Below, in pieces: positions 41,465 through 59,489 of a stretch of DNA of 64,000 nucleotides (positions are counted from its first letter, which is position 1; every line of letters starts with the position of its first letter). Under the pieces are notes generated by a model. The model was not told the origin of the DNA, did not search any database, and saw nothing but the letters and a program-made list of their open reading frames with translations. A program made the translations under genes and the position numbers. The stretch lies in NCBI RefSeq assembly GCF_009914755.1, contig NC_060930.1. One strand, written 5' to 3'. Source of the stretch: the human T2T-CHM13v2.0 reference genome, Homo sapiens.

Positions 41465-42170
41465 TCAGTGAATGCTGGATTTTGTCATATTCCTTTAAAG
41501 AGTGTTGGACTGTGTTCTTCCTGCAGTTACATTACTTGCAGATCAGACTGATCCTTTTGAGGCTTGCTTTTCAGGCTTATAAGGGTAGATCCAGAGCAGC
41601 CCTTACTCTAAGGCTAACAGTCTCACTACTAAGGTGTGGCCCTTCTAAGGACTCTCCCTATCCAATGCCCTGTGTATTGTGAGGTCTCTTATAATTGATG
41701 GGATTGCAAACTCTCCCCAGCCCTGTGAGAACTCCGGGAATTGTTCAACCTATTGCTTCTCAGTGGTTCTTTCTCTGGTGTTGTGGATTTTCCTTCCATG
41801 CATGCTCAGATCACAATTTGGCCAAAGACGCCAGGGGACTCCTCTGTTCTCTTAAGCCCTCACTCCATGTAGCTACCACTGCTCCAGGCATCCACCCAGC
41901 CAATTCTAGGTGCTTCTGCTTTCTCAAGTTCTGATCTCTACTCCTCACTAGGTAAGACTGCTGGGAATTATTGGGTTTTCCTCCTTGCACTGTAACCTAG
42001 AAACGGCTGCCAGGTAGTAAGCTGGTACAAGTGCAGGGCTCACTTCATTTGTCTTTGTTCTCACTGGAGTCATAGTCTTGTGCTGCCTGTGGTTCAACGT
42101 CTGAAAACAGTTGTTTAATAGATTTTGTTTTCCAATTTTCTAATTATTTATGGTCGGAGGGCAATTGCCA
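41465..42170 (-). mobile_element. Ancient L1M 5'-region fragment
   Basis: TGATCCTTTTGAGGCTTGCTTTT, AGTAAGCTGG..CAGGGCTCACTTCATTTG, CTGAAAACAGTTGTTT. Confidence 0.6.
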
Positions 42171-42624
42171 GCTTTGATAGAACCAAGGAAATATGAGCTC
42201 AGAGGAAAAGATAATGACACATTTGAAGAGCACAAATACCATAAAGAAACACAATACACTGAACAAATTATACCAGGCAAATAAGAATTAATTGACCAAA
42301 AAGAGAAAACAATTAAAATAGCTTTTACATAGCTTCAAGTAGCCAAGAAAGGATATTCAACATGAAGGTAGAATAATAATTTGAGAAGAACCAACTGAAG
42401 TTATTGGGTTTGAGAAAAACAATTTGGTTCCTTCTGAAAGTATTGCAGACCAGATATGCTGAAAAGCTCCCCATGGAAAGCATCTGGATGCTGGATATAT
42501 TTTTAAATGTTTTAAAATACAATACTGAATCCATAAGTGAGTAAGTCTAGCCTATACTTTCTGCCTCCCTCAACAAATAGAGAGTTGAAACAAGTATAGT
42601 CAATGAAGCTGGAAATGAAGGCTG

Positions 42625-42765
42625 CCCTCATTAGGATGTAATCTCTGTGAGGCAGGGATTTCTGATTATTTTATTTCCTGATAAAGCACAGCCCCTGGAG
42701 CAAAGCCTGGGACAGAGTAAGTGCTGAGTACATATATGTCAAATGAATGGATGAGTGAATGAAGC
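42625..42765 (+). mobile_element. L2 3' end
   Basis: ATGTAATCTCTGTGAGGCAGGGA..CCTGGGACAGAGTAAGTGCT..TGAATGGATGAGTGAATGAA. Confidence 0.75.
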
Positions 42766-42819
42766 AAATGGTTATCCAAGATCTTAGAACTTTGAGTATG
42801 AATAACTTGTCAAATAGGG

Positions 42820-43739
42820 AATAGAAACTAGGCCTGGGAACCTGGAAATGTTGTAGGAGCTGCCCACTGCACCTCTTCTTATGAAGCCACCTCTCAAAGA
42901 GTCCATGTTCTTAGTGAATTGTTGGCTTTACAAAAATAAAAGAATCCACTTGCCTGAGACAAAAGAATCACTTAGGAAACATATTTGTCTCCAGCATGAA
43001 GCCAGAAGGGATAAAACCAAGTCATAATCCCCTGAGAATTTGCAACCACTGGCCTTTCCTCTTGCATCTGGTGTTGAATTTATACTTCCTGAATGGTCAG
43101 AGAAACATTAATCTAAAATGAAATTCAAATGGTTCCAGTCTAAGACATCCAGCAGAATCAAATACAGATCCTCTTTGGTGGAAACCTTCTTAGAGTCAGG
43201 TCCTTCAGGTCGCCTACAGATTAAATTCAGCCAAATAAGAGCTCAAAATTTAAAAATATATAGATATACAAAAATCATGAGGAAGCAGGCTTCCCTGAAT
43301 AAGAGTCAGAGGGAACAATCCAAAATAGATTTAGACTCCAAAAGCTTCAGATCCTGGGATTATCTGAAATGAAGTAGAAAATAACTATGAAAAATTTAAT
43401 TAAAAATAAAAGATCAGATCAAAAATGAACAAGAAAAAATAGACTGTTACATATAGTCAGATAGATTTGAGAAATAAGCAAATAAAGATTCTAAACATGA
43501 AGGCAAATAACTTCAAATTTAGTCTTTTATATGCAGCTAAACAATTTTATTATAAGGATGAAACAGATATTCTCAATTACACAAGTCTTCATAATTTGTA
43601 ACATACAATGAAAGTATTCTGTAAAGAAGTACCCCAGCAAAGTAAAGAAATAAATCCATGAGGAAGCAATGAGATATAGAAAGAAAGGGTGAGTGAATAA
43701 CTTAGAAAAATCATATTGTTTTAGATATATTGGATTAAA
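42820..43739 (+). mobile_element. Ancient L1M/HAL1-like 5'-region relic
   Basis: A-rich, ORF1-like blocks (ATGAGGAAGCAGGC..ATAAGAGTCAG). Confidence 0.4.
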
Positions 43740-44124
43740 TGAAATGTATTTTTTTCTTTTATTATTATACTTTAAGTTTTAGGGTACATGTGCACATTGT
43801 GTAGGTTAGTTACATATGTATACATGTGCCATGCTGGTGCGCTGCACCCACTAACTCATCATCTAGCATTAGGTATATCTCCCAATGCTATCCCTCCCCC
43901 CTCCCCCCACCCCACAACAGTCCCCAGAGTGTGATGTTCCCCTTCCTGTGTCCACGTGATCTCACTGTTCAATTCCCACCTATGAGTGAGAATATGTGGT
44001 GTTTGGTTTTTTGTTCTTGCGATAGTTTACTGAGAATGATGATTTCCAATTTCATCCATGTCCCTACAAAGGACATGAACTCATCATTTTTTATGGCTGC
44101 ATAGTATTCCATGGTGTATATGTG

Positions 44125-47793
<3,669 letters not shown>

Positions 47794-47841
47794 TTATTTT
47801 GCTCGTTAGTTAATGCAGTTTCTTCCTAGTCTCGATGGTCT

Positions 47842-48849
47842 TTACATTTTGGCATGATTTTGCAGCAGCTGGTACCGGTTGTTCCTTTCCATGTTTAGTG
47901 CTTCCTTCAGGAGCTCTTTTAGGGCAGGCCTGGTGGTGACAAAATCTCTCAGCATTTGCTTGTCTGTAAAGTATTTTATTTCTCCTTCACTTATGAAGCT
48001 TAGTTTGTCTGGATATGAAATTCTGGGTTGAAAATTCTTTTCTTTAAGAATGTTGAATATTGGCCCTCACTCTCATCTGACTTGTAGGGTTTCTGCTGAG
48101 AGATCCACTGTTAGTCTGATGGGCTTCCCTTTGAGGGTAACCCGACCTTTCTCTCTTGCTGCCCTTAACATTTTTTCCTTCATTTCAACTTTGGTGAATC
48201 TGACAATTATGTGTCTTGGAGTTGCTCTTCTCGAGGAGTATCTTTGTGGCGTTCTCTGTATTTCCTGAATCTGAACGTTGGCCTGCCTTGCTAGATTGGG
48301 GAAGTTCTCCTGGATAATATCCTGCAGAGTGTTTTCCAACTTGGTTCCATTCTCCCCATCACTTTCAGGTACACCAATCAGACGTAGATTTGGTCTTTTC
48401 ACATAGTCCCATATTTCTTGGAGGCTTTGCTCATTTCTTTTTATTCTTTTTTCTCTAAACTTCCCTTCTTGCTTCATTTCATTCATTTCATCTTCCATTG
48501 CTGATACCCTTTCTTCGCATCAGCTCCTGAGGCTTCTGCATTCTTCAGGTAGTTCTTGAGCCTTGGTTTTCAGCTCCATCAGCTCCTTTAAGCACTTCTC
48601 TGTATTGGTTATTCTAGTTATACATTCTTCTAAATTTTTTTCAAAGTTTTCAACTTCTTTGCCTTTGGTTTGAATGTCCTCCCATAGCTCAGAGTAATTT
48701 GATCGTCTGAAGCCTTCTTCTCTCAGCTCGTCAAAGTTGTTCTCCGTCCAGCTTTGTTCCGTTGCTGGTGAGGAACTGCATTCCTTTGGAGGAGGAGAGG
48801 CGCTCTGCTTTTTAGAGTTTCCAGTTTTTCTATTCTGTTTTTTCCCCAT
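47842..48849 (-). pseudogene. L1 ORF1p, disrupted
   Basis: MGKKQNRKTGNSK start; CGA>TGA at codon 110; 9-bp deletion; further stops in the ARREWG motif (~48065-48075). Confidence 0.92.
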
Positions 48850-49754
48850 CTTTGTGGTTTTATCTACTTTTGGTCTTTGATGATGGTGATGTACGGATGG
48901 GTTTTTGGTGTGGATGCCCTTTCTGTTTGTTAGTTTTCCTTCTAACAGACAGGACCCTCAGCTGCAGGTCTGTTGGAGTACCCTGCCGTGTGAGGTGTCA
49001 GTGTGCCCCTGCTGGGGGGTGCCTCCCAGTTAGGCTGCTCGTGGGTCAGGGGTCAGGGACCCACTTGAGGAGGCAGTCTGCCCGTTCTCAGATCTCCAGC
49101 TGCGTACTGGGAGAACCACTGCTCTCTCCAAAGCTGTCAGACAGGGACATTTAAGTCTGCAGAGGTTACTGCTGTCTTTTTGTTTGTCTGTGCCCTGCCC
49201 CCAGAGGTGGAGCCTACAGAGGCAGGCAGGCCTCCTTGAGCTGTAGTGGGCTCCACCCAGTTGGAGATTCCCGGCTGCTTTGTTTACCTAAGCAAGCCTG
49301 GGCACTGGCCGGCGCCCCTCTCCCAGCCTTGTTGCCGCCTTGCAGTTTGATCTCAGACTGCTGTGCTAGCAATCAGTGAGACTCCGTGGGCGTAGGACCC
49401 TCTGAGCCAGGTGCGGGATATAATCTTGTGCTGCGCCGTTTTTTAAGCCCGTCGGAAAAGTGCAGTATTTGGGTGGGAGTGACCCAATTTTCCAGGTGCC
49501 GTCTGTCACCCCTTTCTTTGACTAGGAAAGGGAACTCCCTGACCCCTTGCGCTTCCCGAGTGAGGCAATGCCTCACCCTGCTTCGGCTCAAGCACAGTGC
49601 ACGCACCCACTGACCTGCGCCCACTGTCTGGCACTCCCTAGTGAGATGAACCCGGTACCTCAGATGGAAATGCAGAAATCACCGTCTTCTGCGTCGCTCA
49701 CGCTGGGAGCTGTAGACCCGAGCTGTTCCTATTCGGCCATCTTGGCTCCTCCTC
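48850..49754 (-). promoter_or_regulatory. L1 5'UTR: internal sense promoter plus antisense promoter
   Basis: Intact YY1 site (CAAGATGGCC on minus, 49735-49744); partly retained CpGs. Confidence 0.8.
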
Positions 49755-49829
49755 TGAAATGTATTATTAGAATTAATTTTACCTGAAATTTTTGTTTTCT
49801 TGCCTGCTTTACATTTTAATGTAAAACAA

Positions 49830-50190
49830 ATGCTGCTACTAGAAAATGCAATAGAATAAAACCAAAAAGAAATGTGAGGATTAAAATGGAAGAGATAAAA
49901 CTATCACTATTTCCAGATGATCTTTATAGAAAATCTACCAGGCTTAATAAACAAACGATCAGCATATTTAGAGAGTTCAACAAGGTAGCTGAATACAAGG
50001 TCAATTTACACATACACTTTACCAGAAATAATCACCTAAAATATTTACCAGGAAACAAGACACATTTACGATGGCAACAAGATGATAAAATATCCAGGAA
50101 CTAATCTAGAAGAAGGTAAAACAAAAACTTTATGCAAAATATATTTTAAACTTTATTAAAGAACATGCTATAAGACCTATATACAGAGAG
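49830..50190 (+). mobile_element. Ancient L1M ORF2 RT fragment
   Basis: Translates EEIKLSLFPDD..REFNKVAEYKVN. Confidence 0.7.
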
Positions 50191-50204
50191 AGTTTCAGCA
50201 AATC

Positions 50205-51345
50205 CAGGCAACAGATTATGATGGTTGTGACTTGGGTGGTACTAAAAATTAGTTTGATTCTGGAAATATTTTGACAATAGAGCCTACAGAATTTCCTGAT
50301 GGATAGGATGCGAAGCTTGAGAGAACAACAACAACAAAAAGAGTTAAGAAAGGATCCAAGATTTTTGTTCTGAACAACAGGAAGAATGCACTTGTGTTTT
50401 AGGAGGTAGATTGTGCAGAGCCAGTTTGAAAGGAAAGATTGGAAGTTTGCTCATGGACATGCTAAGTTTGAGATATCTGTTGAACACCAAAATGAGGTGA
50501 AAATGCAGTGTAATATATGAGCCTAGAATTCAGGAGAGAGGCACAGGCTAGAGATGCATACCAGAAAGTCATCAGTGAACAAATGGCGTTAGAGCCATGA
50601 GGCTGGCTGGCCTTCCAAAGGGAGTGAATACAGATAGAAAAGGCGACTAAGGATTGCGTCTTGAGCTCTCCAACGTGGCCAGAGAGCGGGGAGAAAAATG
50701 AGAGAGTGAAACATTGAATGAAGGTGTTTCATGGAAGAGAGGGAGAACAATAATTTTAAATGACAGGTTAAGGAAAATAAAGACTGAACATTGACCATTG
50801 GATATAGGAATGTGGAGGTCATTCATGAATTGAAAAGGAACAATGTACATTAGCAAATTCTGTCAGCTTTACTTTCAATGTGTACTTGGTTGGGGCAAAA
50901 CCATGATTCAAGGGAGAATGAAACGAGAGAAATTGGATACAGTGACTATAGACAATGCTTGGAGAAGTTTTGATGCAGAAAAAGAAGAGAAGTGAGGTAT
51001 CAGGAGGGAGAAGGAGGGTCAGCATGGGTTGTTGTTGACTTTAAAGAAGAACTCACAATATTCTTGAGAAGTGAGTTAAATTTAGTAGAGGGAAAAGCTG
51101 ATAATGGAGGAGAGAGGAAGCATTGGGTAGACAAAGAAGGTGGGATTGAGGGGTTGCCCTTGGTGGGAACATGGAAAACTCACTTCTATGAATAGGAGAG
51201 AGTTCAAGGACATAGATACAGTTGCAGGTAGGCGGGTGGATGCAGGGTTGCAGTTTGTGGACATTTTCACAGTATTGCTTCCCTTTTCTCTGTGAGGTAG
51301 AAATCACAGTATGAGGAAGAAATGGGGGAAGAAGTTTTGAGGAGA
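50205..51345 (-). mobile_element. L2 element, ~1.1 kb
   Basis: GATTCTGGAAATATTTTGA, TGGACATGCTAAGTTTGAGAT, GACTGAACATTGACCATTGGAT. Confidence 0.8.
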
Positions 51346-51384
51346 GAGCAGAAGGTATAAACTCTGCTAGACGAGAGGAAAAGT

Positions 51385-51580
51385 GTCTTACCTCGTATCA
51401 TACACACAAATAAACTAACTGGATTAAAAGTTTAGCTGTGAAAACCATTCTCACAGCTAGTGCAAGAAAATACAAAACTTATGTCACTTTGGGGCAAGTA
51501 TAAATTTCTTAAATGAGATCTAAAAAGTACCAGTGTTAAGGGGGAAAATGAATAGATTTGACACAAAACTCCTTCGAAGA
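51385..51580 (+). mobile_element. Ancient L1M ORF2 fragment
   Basis: CTTACCTC..TGGATTAAAAG..AAATTTCTTAAA. Confidence 0.45.
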
Positions 51581-51587
51581 CTTACAC

Positions 51588-52809
<1,222 letters not shown>

Positions 52810-53426
52810 TTATACGGGTTGAGTAGCCTTATCCAAAATGCCTGGGACCAGAAGAGTTTCAGGTTTTGAATTTCTTTTGAATTTTGGAATATTTGCATAT
52901 AATGATATCTTGGGAATGGGACCCAAGTTTAAACATGAAATTCATATATATTTTGCATATTTATTATACCTATAGACTGAAAGTAATTTTATGCATGATT
53001 TTAAATAATTTTGTGCATAAAACAAAGTGTGTCGACATTGACCTATCAGAAAGCAAAGGCGTGACTATCTCGGCCATCTCTGTGGACAATCTGTAGTTGT
53101 TTAGCATCACCATCATTCCTGACTCTGAATTTATATAATGCCGATAAGCAGTCATTCTCTTACACTTACTGACATACCATTATTACAGTGAGAGAATAAA
53201 GTGTAAGCAGCACAGTAGCATCACCAGACACCTGGAACAACTGTTAAACAACAGCAACAGTAAGCAACCTTTCAGTCTCCACTTATGATGCCTTGCTTGG
53301 AGTAAAAGTTTACTGTAACTGTAATTTTTTTCTTTTTTTTTTTTAGGTGAGGGAAACATTAGAGGCATTGAGGGACCAGGAAGTGTGTCCTCTAGGGATG
53401 AGGAGGCATTCTGCTGAGTGGCCTTT

Positions 53427-55070
53427 CTAAATGTTTCCTCCAGTCATCTGCCTCGTTATCTGCGGGTTTTGTCTTAGAAATCTCTTTTTGATTTTATAAA
53501 CTGACATGACTTCACGTTCTATTACGAATGCATGCTGCCCTAGTCCTTCGATAAGTCCTTCACACATCTTCACCATGTTGTCTCTAGGCACTTTTTCTGA
53601 AGCGTTAACATCGTCCTCACTGTCACTATTATCAGAATCATCTTGATTCAGAACCATTTTTACTGCTTCATCATTGGTCGGTGAACGAATAACTGGAGCC
53701 TCATTATCAATGTTAAAATCTTCAATATCCACTTCTTCCAGCTTGCTAATGGACTCTGAAGGAATATTTTTACCATATGTAAGGAAGTCAGCCATCTTTT
53801 TTTTCTCACTTGACATACAGAATCTTTCAAAGACACGACCTTGTTCATCATTATCATTAAACATAGTTACAGACCAGAGGTTGTGCCAGGCATGCACGAC
53901 TGTGTCTTAGTCACTGTGTTTCATGCATTGGCAATGGCATATATGGCATTCTTCATGTTAAACTCCTTTTGAAAACCCCCCACAACCACACCTCCGTTCA
54001 CTGCTGCTAGCATGCTGTTCAAGAAAGTGTTTCTGTAATCACTTTTGATTGATCTAAGGATTCTCTGGTCACATGGCTGAATTAATGATGTCATATTTGG
54101 AGGAAATGACACAGCATAAGCATGATTTTGTTGAGAATTTCAGCTGGAGGATGAGCAGAACAGTTGTTGAAGGAAAAACAAAATCTTTCAGTCGATCATC
54201 CAGTCCAGCTTCCCTGCAGTGAGCACAAGCCACTGGTACAAAATGTTTGTGAAATGAATCAAAAACTATGCCCCAGGTGATCCATGTATTTTTGTTAGCA
54301 TAACAATTGGACTGGTAAGAAATTCACTTCTTGAAAACAGCATGAATGCAAGTCTGCCCATCACAGCAAGTGTACACTTACGCGTGCCTGCTGCATTAGC
54401 ACATCCCAGCCGTTATTCTGTCCTTGGCATCCTTCATTCCTGTCTCATCAGCTGGAGTTAATGTCTTTCTGGGGCAGTAACACCGCAACAAGGATGTTTC
54501 ATCAGTGTTATAGACTGTTTCTGGCATCAGATTTTCATCAGTGATGATTCTGGCAAATTTGTCAATGAATTTCTCTACTACTTTGTGATCAGCAGATGCT
54601 TTATCACCACAAATCTTTAAACATATAATGCCACGTCTTTTCTAAAATTTCTGCAGCCAGCCTGTTGAATATTCACACTTCCCTTCAATTTTCAGTTTAT
54701 TGTGATAGATCTTCTCTTGTTTCATAATCAGCATACCATTAAGTGGCATGTGTTCACAGGGATGCTGACAGATCAACTCTTTCAATACATGATCAAGACC
54801 TTCGTGTTCATCTTTACCCAGTGTTTTCCTACTTTTTCATTAACTTCTGCTTATCACTTTTAGCATAGAATGGCATTAGTTTTATCCTTCTATTTCTTCA
54901 GATCACATATTGTGGTCATTCCAACACCATACTCCTCTGTAAGATGTTTCATGCACCATTGTCCAGTTTCTCCAACAGCTTGACTTCCTGTGCTATAAAC
55001 ATAAATACTTTCTCTTTTTTTTTAATCACTGTTACCCATAGGGTTATCTGCAGGCCTTTTTGACATTTTC
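53427..55070 (-). pseudogene. Tigger4 transposase relic (psq/CENP-B HTH + DDE_1), frameshifted
   Basis: Motifs KLLEKLD, YNTDETS, NNCSAHP, PPNMTSLIQPCDQ and an acidic tail in different frames. Confidence 0.85.
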
Positions 55071-55099
55071 AACAATATCTTTATCCCACAGAGTAGAGA

Positions 55100-55101
<2 letters not shown>

Positions 55102-55146
<45 letters not shown>
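55102..55146. repeat. (CA)~22 microsatellite
   Basis: Uninterrupted AC repeat. Confidence 0.98.
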
Positions 55147-55150
<4 letters not shown>

Positions 55151-55779
55151 GTAATGCACAGAGGTCTTGGCCTCCTGTGGAGCATTGAGGGGAACCTGCA
55201 GTCAGCGTGTCTCGCCTGGATCAGTGCTATTTTATTATTGTTCATGAGCGTGCTTGCGTGGGGAATCTGGGTGTCTGCCAAAAAGATAGATGGCAGCTGA
55301 AGGGGCCTGGGAGGATCTTTTTTCCCCTGGGGACACAGAATAAACTGGGTGTCGTGTGCCTGCATTTCAACTGTGACCCATCACATGAGGTTGGGCATAG
55401 AATTTTTCACTTGTGGTATCATGTCGGTGCTCAAAACATTTCAGATTTTGGATCATTTCAGATTTTCGGACTAGAGCTGCTCAACCTATTTACCGTCAGT
55501 CTTTCCTCAACACTTGTTTTCTTTCCAGTGCACACTCCAAATAGTCTCCTGTCCTGCCACTTCCTCAAGCCTGACATCTCGAAGGTCAGCAATGTTCCCA
55601 CAGGGACAAATCTCGAGGGCAATTCTCTGCCCTGATTTACCTCCACCTGGTAAGAGCTTCCAGCACAATGGGGCAGGCTCTCCTATGCAGACACTCCCTC
55701 CACCTGGCTCATGGAATCCCACCGCCTCTTGGCTTTTCCTTTACGTCCTCAGCTTCCTTGGCTGGGTGCTCCTCCCATG

Positions 55780-56800
55780 CTTCGAACCTCAGAATAGTGA
55801 AGCCTCCCCAGTGGAGCGTCCTCAGACTCTTCCTCCAGGGTCACTCACTTTGTAAGTGATCTCTTAGTTCTGTGATTTCACAAATATTATCTGCACACTA
55901 ATGACTCCCAAACTTTTGATTCTGACCACAGCCTCCCCGCCTGGATTCCAGGCTTCTATACACAATAGCCTCTTTAACATCTCCATTTCTATCACTAGCA
56001 GGCCTCCCAAACTCAAACTCTTTAAAATCACACTTGCTATTCCTCCCTCAAACCTGTCCCTTCCTGAATGTGCCACATTTTATTATTGTTACCCTTGAGT
56101 CCTCATCTTCCCTCTCCACTTCATATTTAATCCATCAGCTCTACTTTCAAAGTCTATCAGGATATGACCACTTCTGAATGTATCCACTACTCTCACCCTG
56201 GCCCAGGCCACATCATATCTCCCTGCTCATGGCGATTCCTGCTTTACTTGCCCTCCCACGTCCATTCTCCTCACCCCCTTCTTCTTTGTATCCAAATACT
56301 TTAAGTATACAAATGATATCATATCACTCTCCCACTCAAAACCCTCCAGTGGATTCCCAGCATTCTTAAAACAAAATCCAGTGTCCTTACCTTGGCCTCT
56401 AGGGTCGTATATGATGTGGTCCTTGATCTCATTTCTTGCCCTTCACCCCTTCATCTGCCACCCTTTGGGCCCTCTGGCCTTTTAGCTCTTCTGGAAGCAA
56501 TTGCTCAACTCAAGGCTGAATGAGCCCATGGCTCTCTCCTCCAATGTCAGGACCAGGAGCAAGGTTTCCTGACCCATTGCCCGATTTAAATAGCACCTCC
56601 CGTTAAATCTCTTCCTGTTTGTCTTGCTTTATTTCTCTTTATAGCTCTTATCATTACCTGGGTGTGTGTGTATAATTTTTTTGGCCAATATCTCTCACTA
56701 GATTATAAATTTCATGAGAATAAAGCCATGTTCTGTTTTCTTCACCACTGCAGATTTATTGAATGATAAAATGAATGAGTGAATTCAAATGACTGAATAC
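55780..56800 (+). mobile_element. L2 element 3' ~1 kb
   Basis: ATGACTCCCAAA, CTCAAAACCCTCCAGTGGATTCCC, terminal TGAATG repeats. Confidence 0.8.
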
Positions 56801-56899
56801 AGCATTGCGGATAGATCATATAAACATTGTGTTAAGTGAAAAATTAAGAAATATAATGGAAATTGTAACGCAATACTCGTTATATAAGTTATGAGCACA

Positions 56900-58060
56900 A
56901 GCTTCAAGGAAATTCAATGAGGGAAAGAAAGTGTTTTCAACAAATGGTGCTGGAATAACTGGATAAGTATATGGAAAGAAAAATGAACTTCAATCCTTAT
57001 TTATACTATACATAACTATACATGAGTGATAGGCTAGAACATAAAAGTTTGAATTATAAATGTCCTAGAAACAAATATAGAAAAATATATTCATGAGCTT
57101 AGGAGAATGTAGGCAAAGTTTTCCTGGCTAGCACCAAAAAGAGTACTAACCATAAATGAACAAACAAAAACAACCCCCGATACAATAGGCTTCATGAAAA
57201 TTTAAAATGTCTGGTTAATCAAAAGACACCATTAAGAAAAGGTAAAGGCAAGCCATGGACTGGGAGAAAATATTTACTGTACATAAATCTAAAATATGTA
57301 AAGAACTTCTAAGAATCAACAGTAAAAATAGAAGAAATGCAATTTTAAATGGGAAAAGGATCTAGACTCTTCTTTAAAGAAGAAATAAATAACCAATAAG
57401 CACATGAAAAGATACTCTATCAAAAGTCATCAGAGAACTTCCAATTAAAACTGCAGTAAGATATTCTAGACCCCAAGAATGAAACATTCACATGGCACTG
57501 GGGGCAATGTGCAATAGCATGAACACTGTGGAGTGCGGTTTTCCAGTTTCTTATGAAGTTAAACATATAACTTCCTAATGAATCAGCAATTCTGTTCCTG
57601 GGCATTTGCCCAGAAGAAATGGAAACCCATGTCCACAATAAAGACTTGTGCAGAAACATCCAGAGCAGCATTACCCACGATAGCCAAAAAGTGCCACCAA
57701 CCCAACTTCATCAACTGTTGATGGATAAAGTACATCCATTCACACAATGGAATATTGCTCTGCAACAAAAAAAAGAATGAACTACATGGATGACTTAAAA
57801 ACATTATGTTAAGTGAAAGAAGCCAGACGTAAAAGGCTGTGAGGTTCCAGTTCAGCAACAGGCAAAATGCATGTAGAAATCTGAACAGTGGGTGCCTCTG
57901 GAGGGTGAGAGTTGACTGGAAGGTGGCACAAGGGGACTTTCCAGAGAGATGAAAGTGTTCGGTACCTTGGTTGGGGTGGTGGTTTTACTGGTATATACCT
58001 TTGTCAAAACACCTCAAACTGTACAATTAAGATCTGCATATTTAATGAAAGAAAAGTACA
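56900..58060 (+). mobile_element. Ancient L1M (MB/MC/ME-like) 3' fragment
   Basis: TTTCAACAAATGGTGCTGGAATAACTGG; TAAGTGAAAGAAGCCAGAC; TTGTCAAAAC..CAAACTGTACA. Confidence 0.85.
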
Positions 58061-58274
58061 CTTACAAAAACACATATAGAGCAAGCCTATATATATTTCA
58101 GAGATCATTGCCTATCTAAGGACGTATAGTAAGTACTTTTGAATGGGCCTTTTCTGGGGGAGGGGATTTTTTGAGGACAGCATGTAAAATATTTTATAAA
58201 ATAACAAAAGAACTCAGAAACTGATGAAGACAGCCTGTCATGAAATGAGGAGAGCGACTATATGCAGAATTTGC

Positions 58275-58460
58275 ACCAGAGATAAGAAAGGAAAGCAGAT
58301 GGGCAGGCAGGAAGAAAGGGAGCAAGATGGGAAGTCAAGAAAGAAGGTGGGGAGGCAGGGGAGGGAAAACGGAAAAGGAGTTGTGTGGAGAGGACAAGTC
58401 ATAGAAAGGAGGGAGGAAGAGAGAAAGGAGAGAGAGGGAACAAGAGAGAGAGAAGAATTA
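58275..58460. repeat. GA-rich low-complexity tract
   Basis: Purine-rich strand seen directly. Confidence 0.75.
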
Positions 58461-59044
58461 ACTAAATACTATGCCGAGATTGCCTTTTCTTTCATTCTAT
58501 TTGTCCTCTGCACTTAACCAGCTCATAAGCCCTTGGGAGGGAGGCACTATTTTTTATAAGTCCTTGCTCCTGCCAGTGGGCAGAACTTGTCGGCTGGTGG
58601 GTTAGTTAACAGGCAGCAAGAGACTGCGTATCAACGCCAGGTGTGCACTTTGTAGCACAGACAGCCCTTTCATCCAGATTTAAGGGAGGAAAATCCTGGT
58701 AGCATTTTACTGGAAACACTTTAGAGGCTGAGGCCTTTGTGATTTCATCAGCTAGGGCTCCCACAGGCCCCAGAGGGCCTTTTAATTATTGGGAGGGGCC
58801 TCCAGGGTGCCTCAGTCTCTTCCTACAGGTGCATGGGGTGCTGATTTTAACACACACGATGTGCCTATTTCTTCAGCAGGACTCAGTGTGAACTGAGCCA
58901 CCACCTGGCTCTCTTGCTTTCAGTGGCTCTCACCGCGGCCTGAAGCCCCCTGTGCCGGGACAGTTACAGTTGTCTCTGGATTCTGGCAGCTCTGTGCTCC
59001 CATTCTGCACCCATGAATTAGCTTTGCTCACTCCTGCTACAGTT

Positions 59045-59295
59045 CAGTTTGGCTCAATAATCACTTAGTGAGCTCCTTCCAGATGCAGACCCAGGGTGGG
59101 TGCTAGGGTACAGGATGACTGAGTCATGGTCCTGCCCTCAAGGGGCTTGCGTGTAGAGTGGAAGACATAAGGAGACAGAATTGTGAAAAGAGGCAGCAAA
59201 TGCAAAAAGAGCCACAGGGGCTGGGAATCAGGTACAGGGCCCAGGCTGTGGTTCCAGGAAAGACTTCCCAGAGATGATGCCTGAGCTGCATCTCA
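59045..59295 (-). mobile_element. L2 3' fragment
   Basis: GTGCTAGGGTACA..GGTCCTGCCCTCAAGGGGCT..GACTTCCCAGAGATGATGCCTGAGCTG. Confidence 0.6.
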
Positions 59296-59489
59296 AAGCT
59301 CCTGCAGCTCTAAATTTGGCTGCTCTTTCTCCCTAGACGTTCCAAGGCTCACAGGAGCGAGATCCCAACAAGGGTCAGCCATGCTTCTGGAAGCCCCTGC
59401 TCCTGGCTGCCAACTCTGCATCATAAGGTATCATAAGGACTTTCATGATGGGGAACACGTTGTTTCCAACATCCTCCGGATCTCACTTC

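Larger units (their letters stand above)
52815..55488 (-). mobile_element. Near full-length Tigger4 (Zombi) pogo-like DNA transposon
   Basis: TIR-like ends CGGGTTGAGTA / TGCTCAACCTA; ~2.7 kb; transposase relic on the minus strand. Confidence 0.88.

Noticed and set aside
49386-49613. 75-aa + strand ORF as intact ORF0
   Set aside because: It is the distal part of the ORF0 frame from a GTG; the true ATG is mutated and a stop precedes it
53427-53897. 156-aa ORF as a domesticated TIGD/JRK-like gene
   Set aside because: Only a fragment of a frameshifted transposase inside a TIR-bounded element
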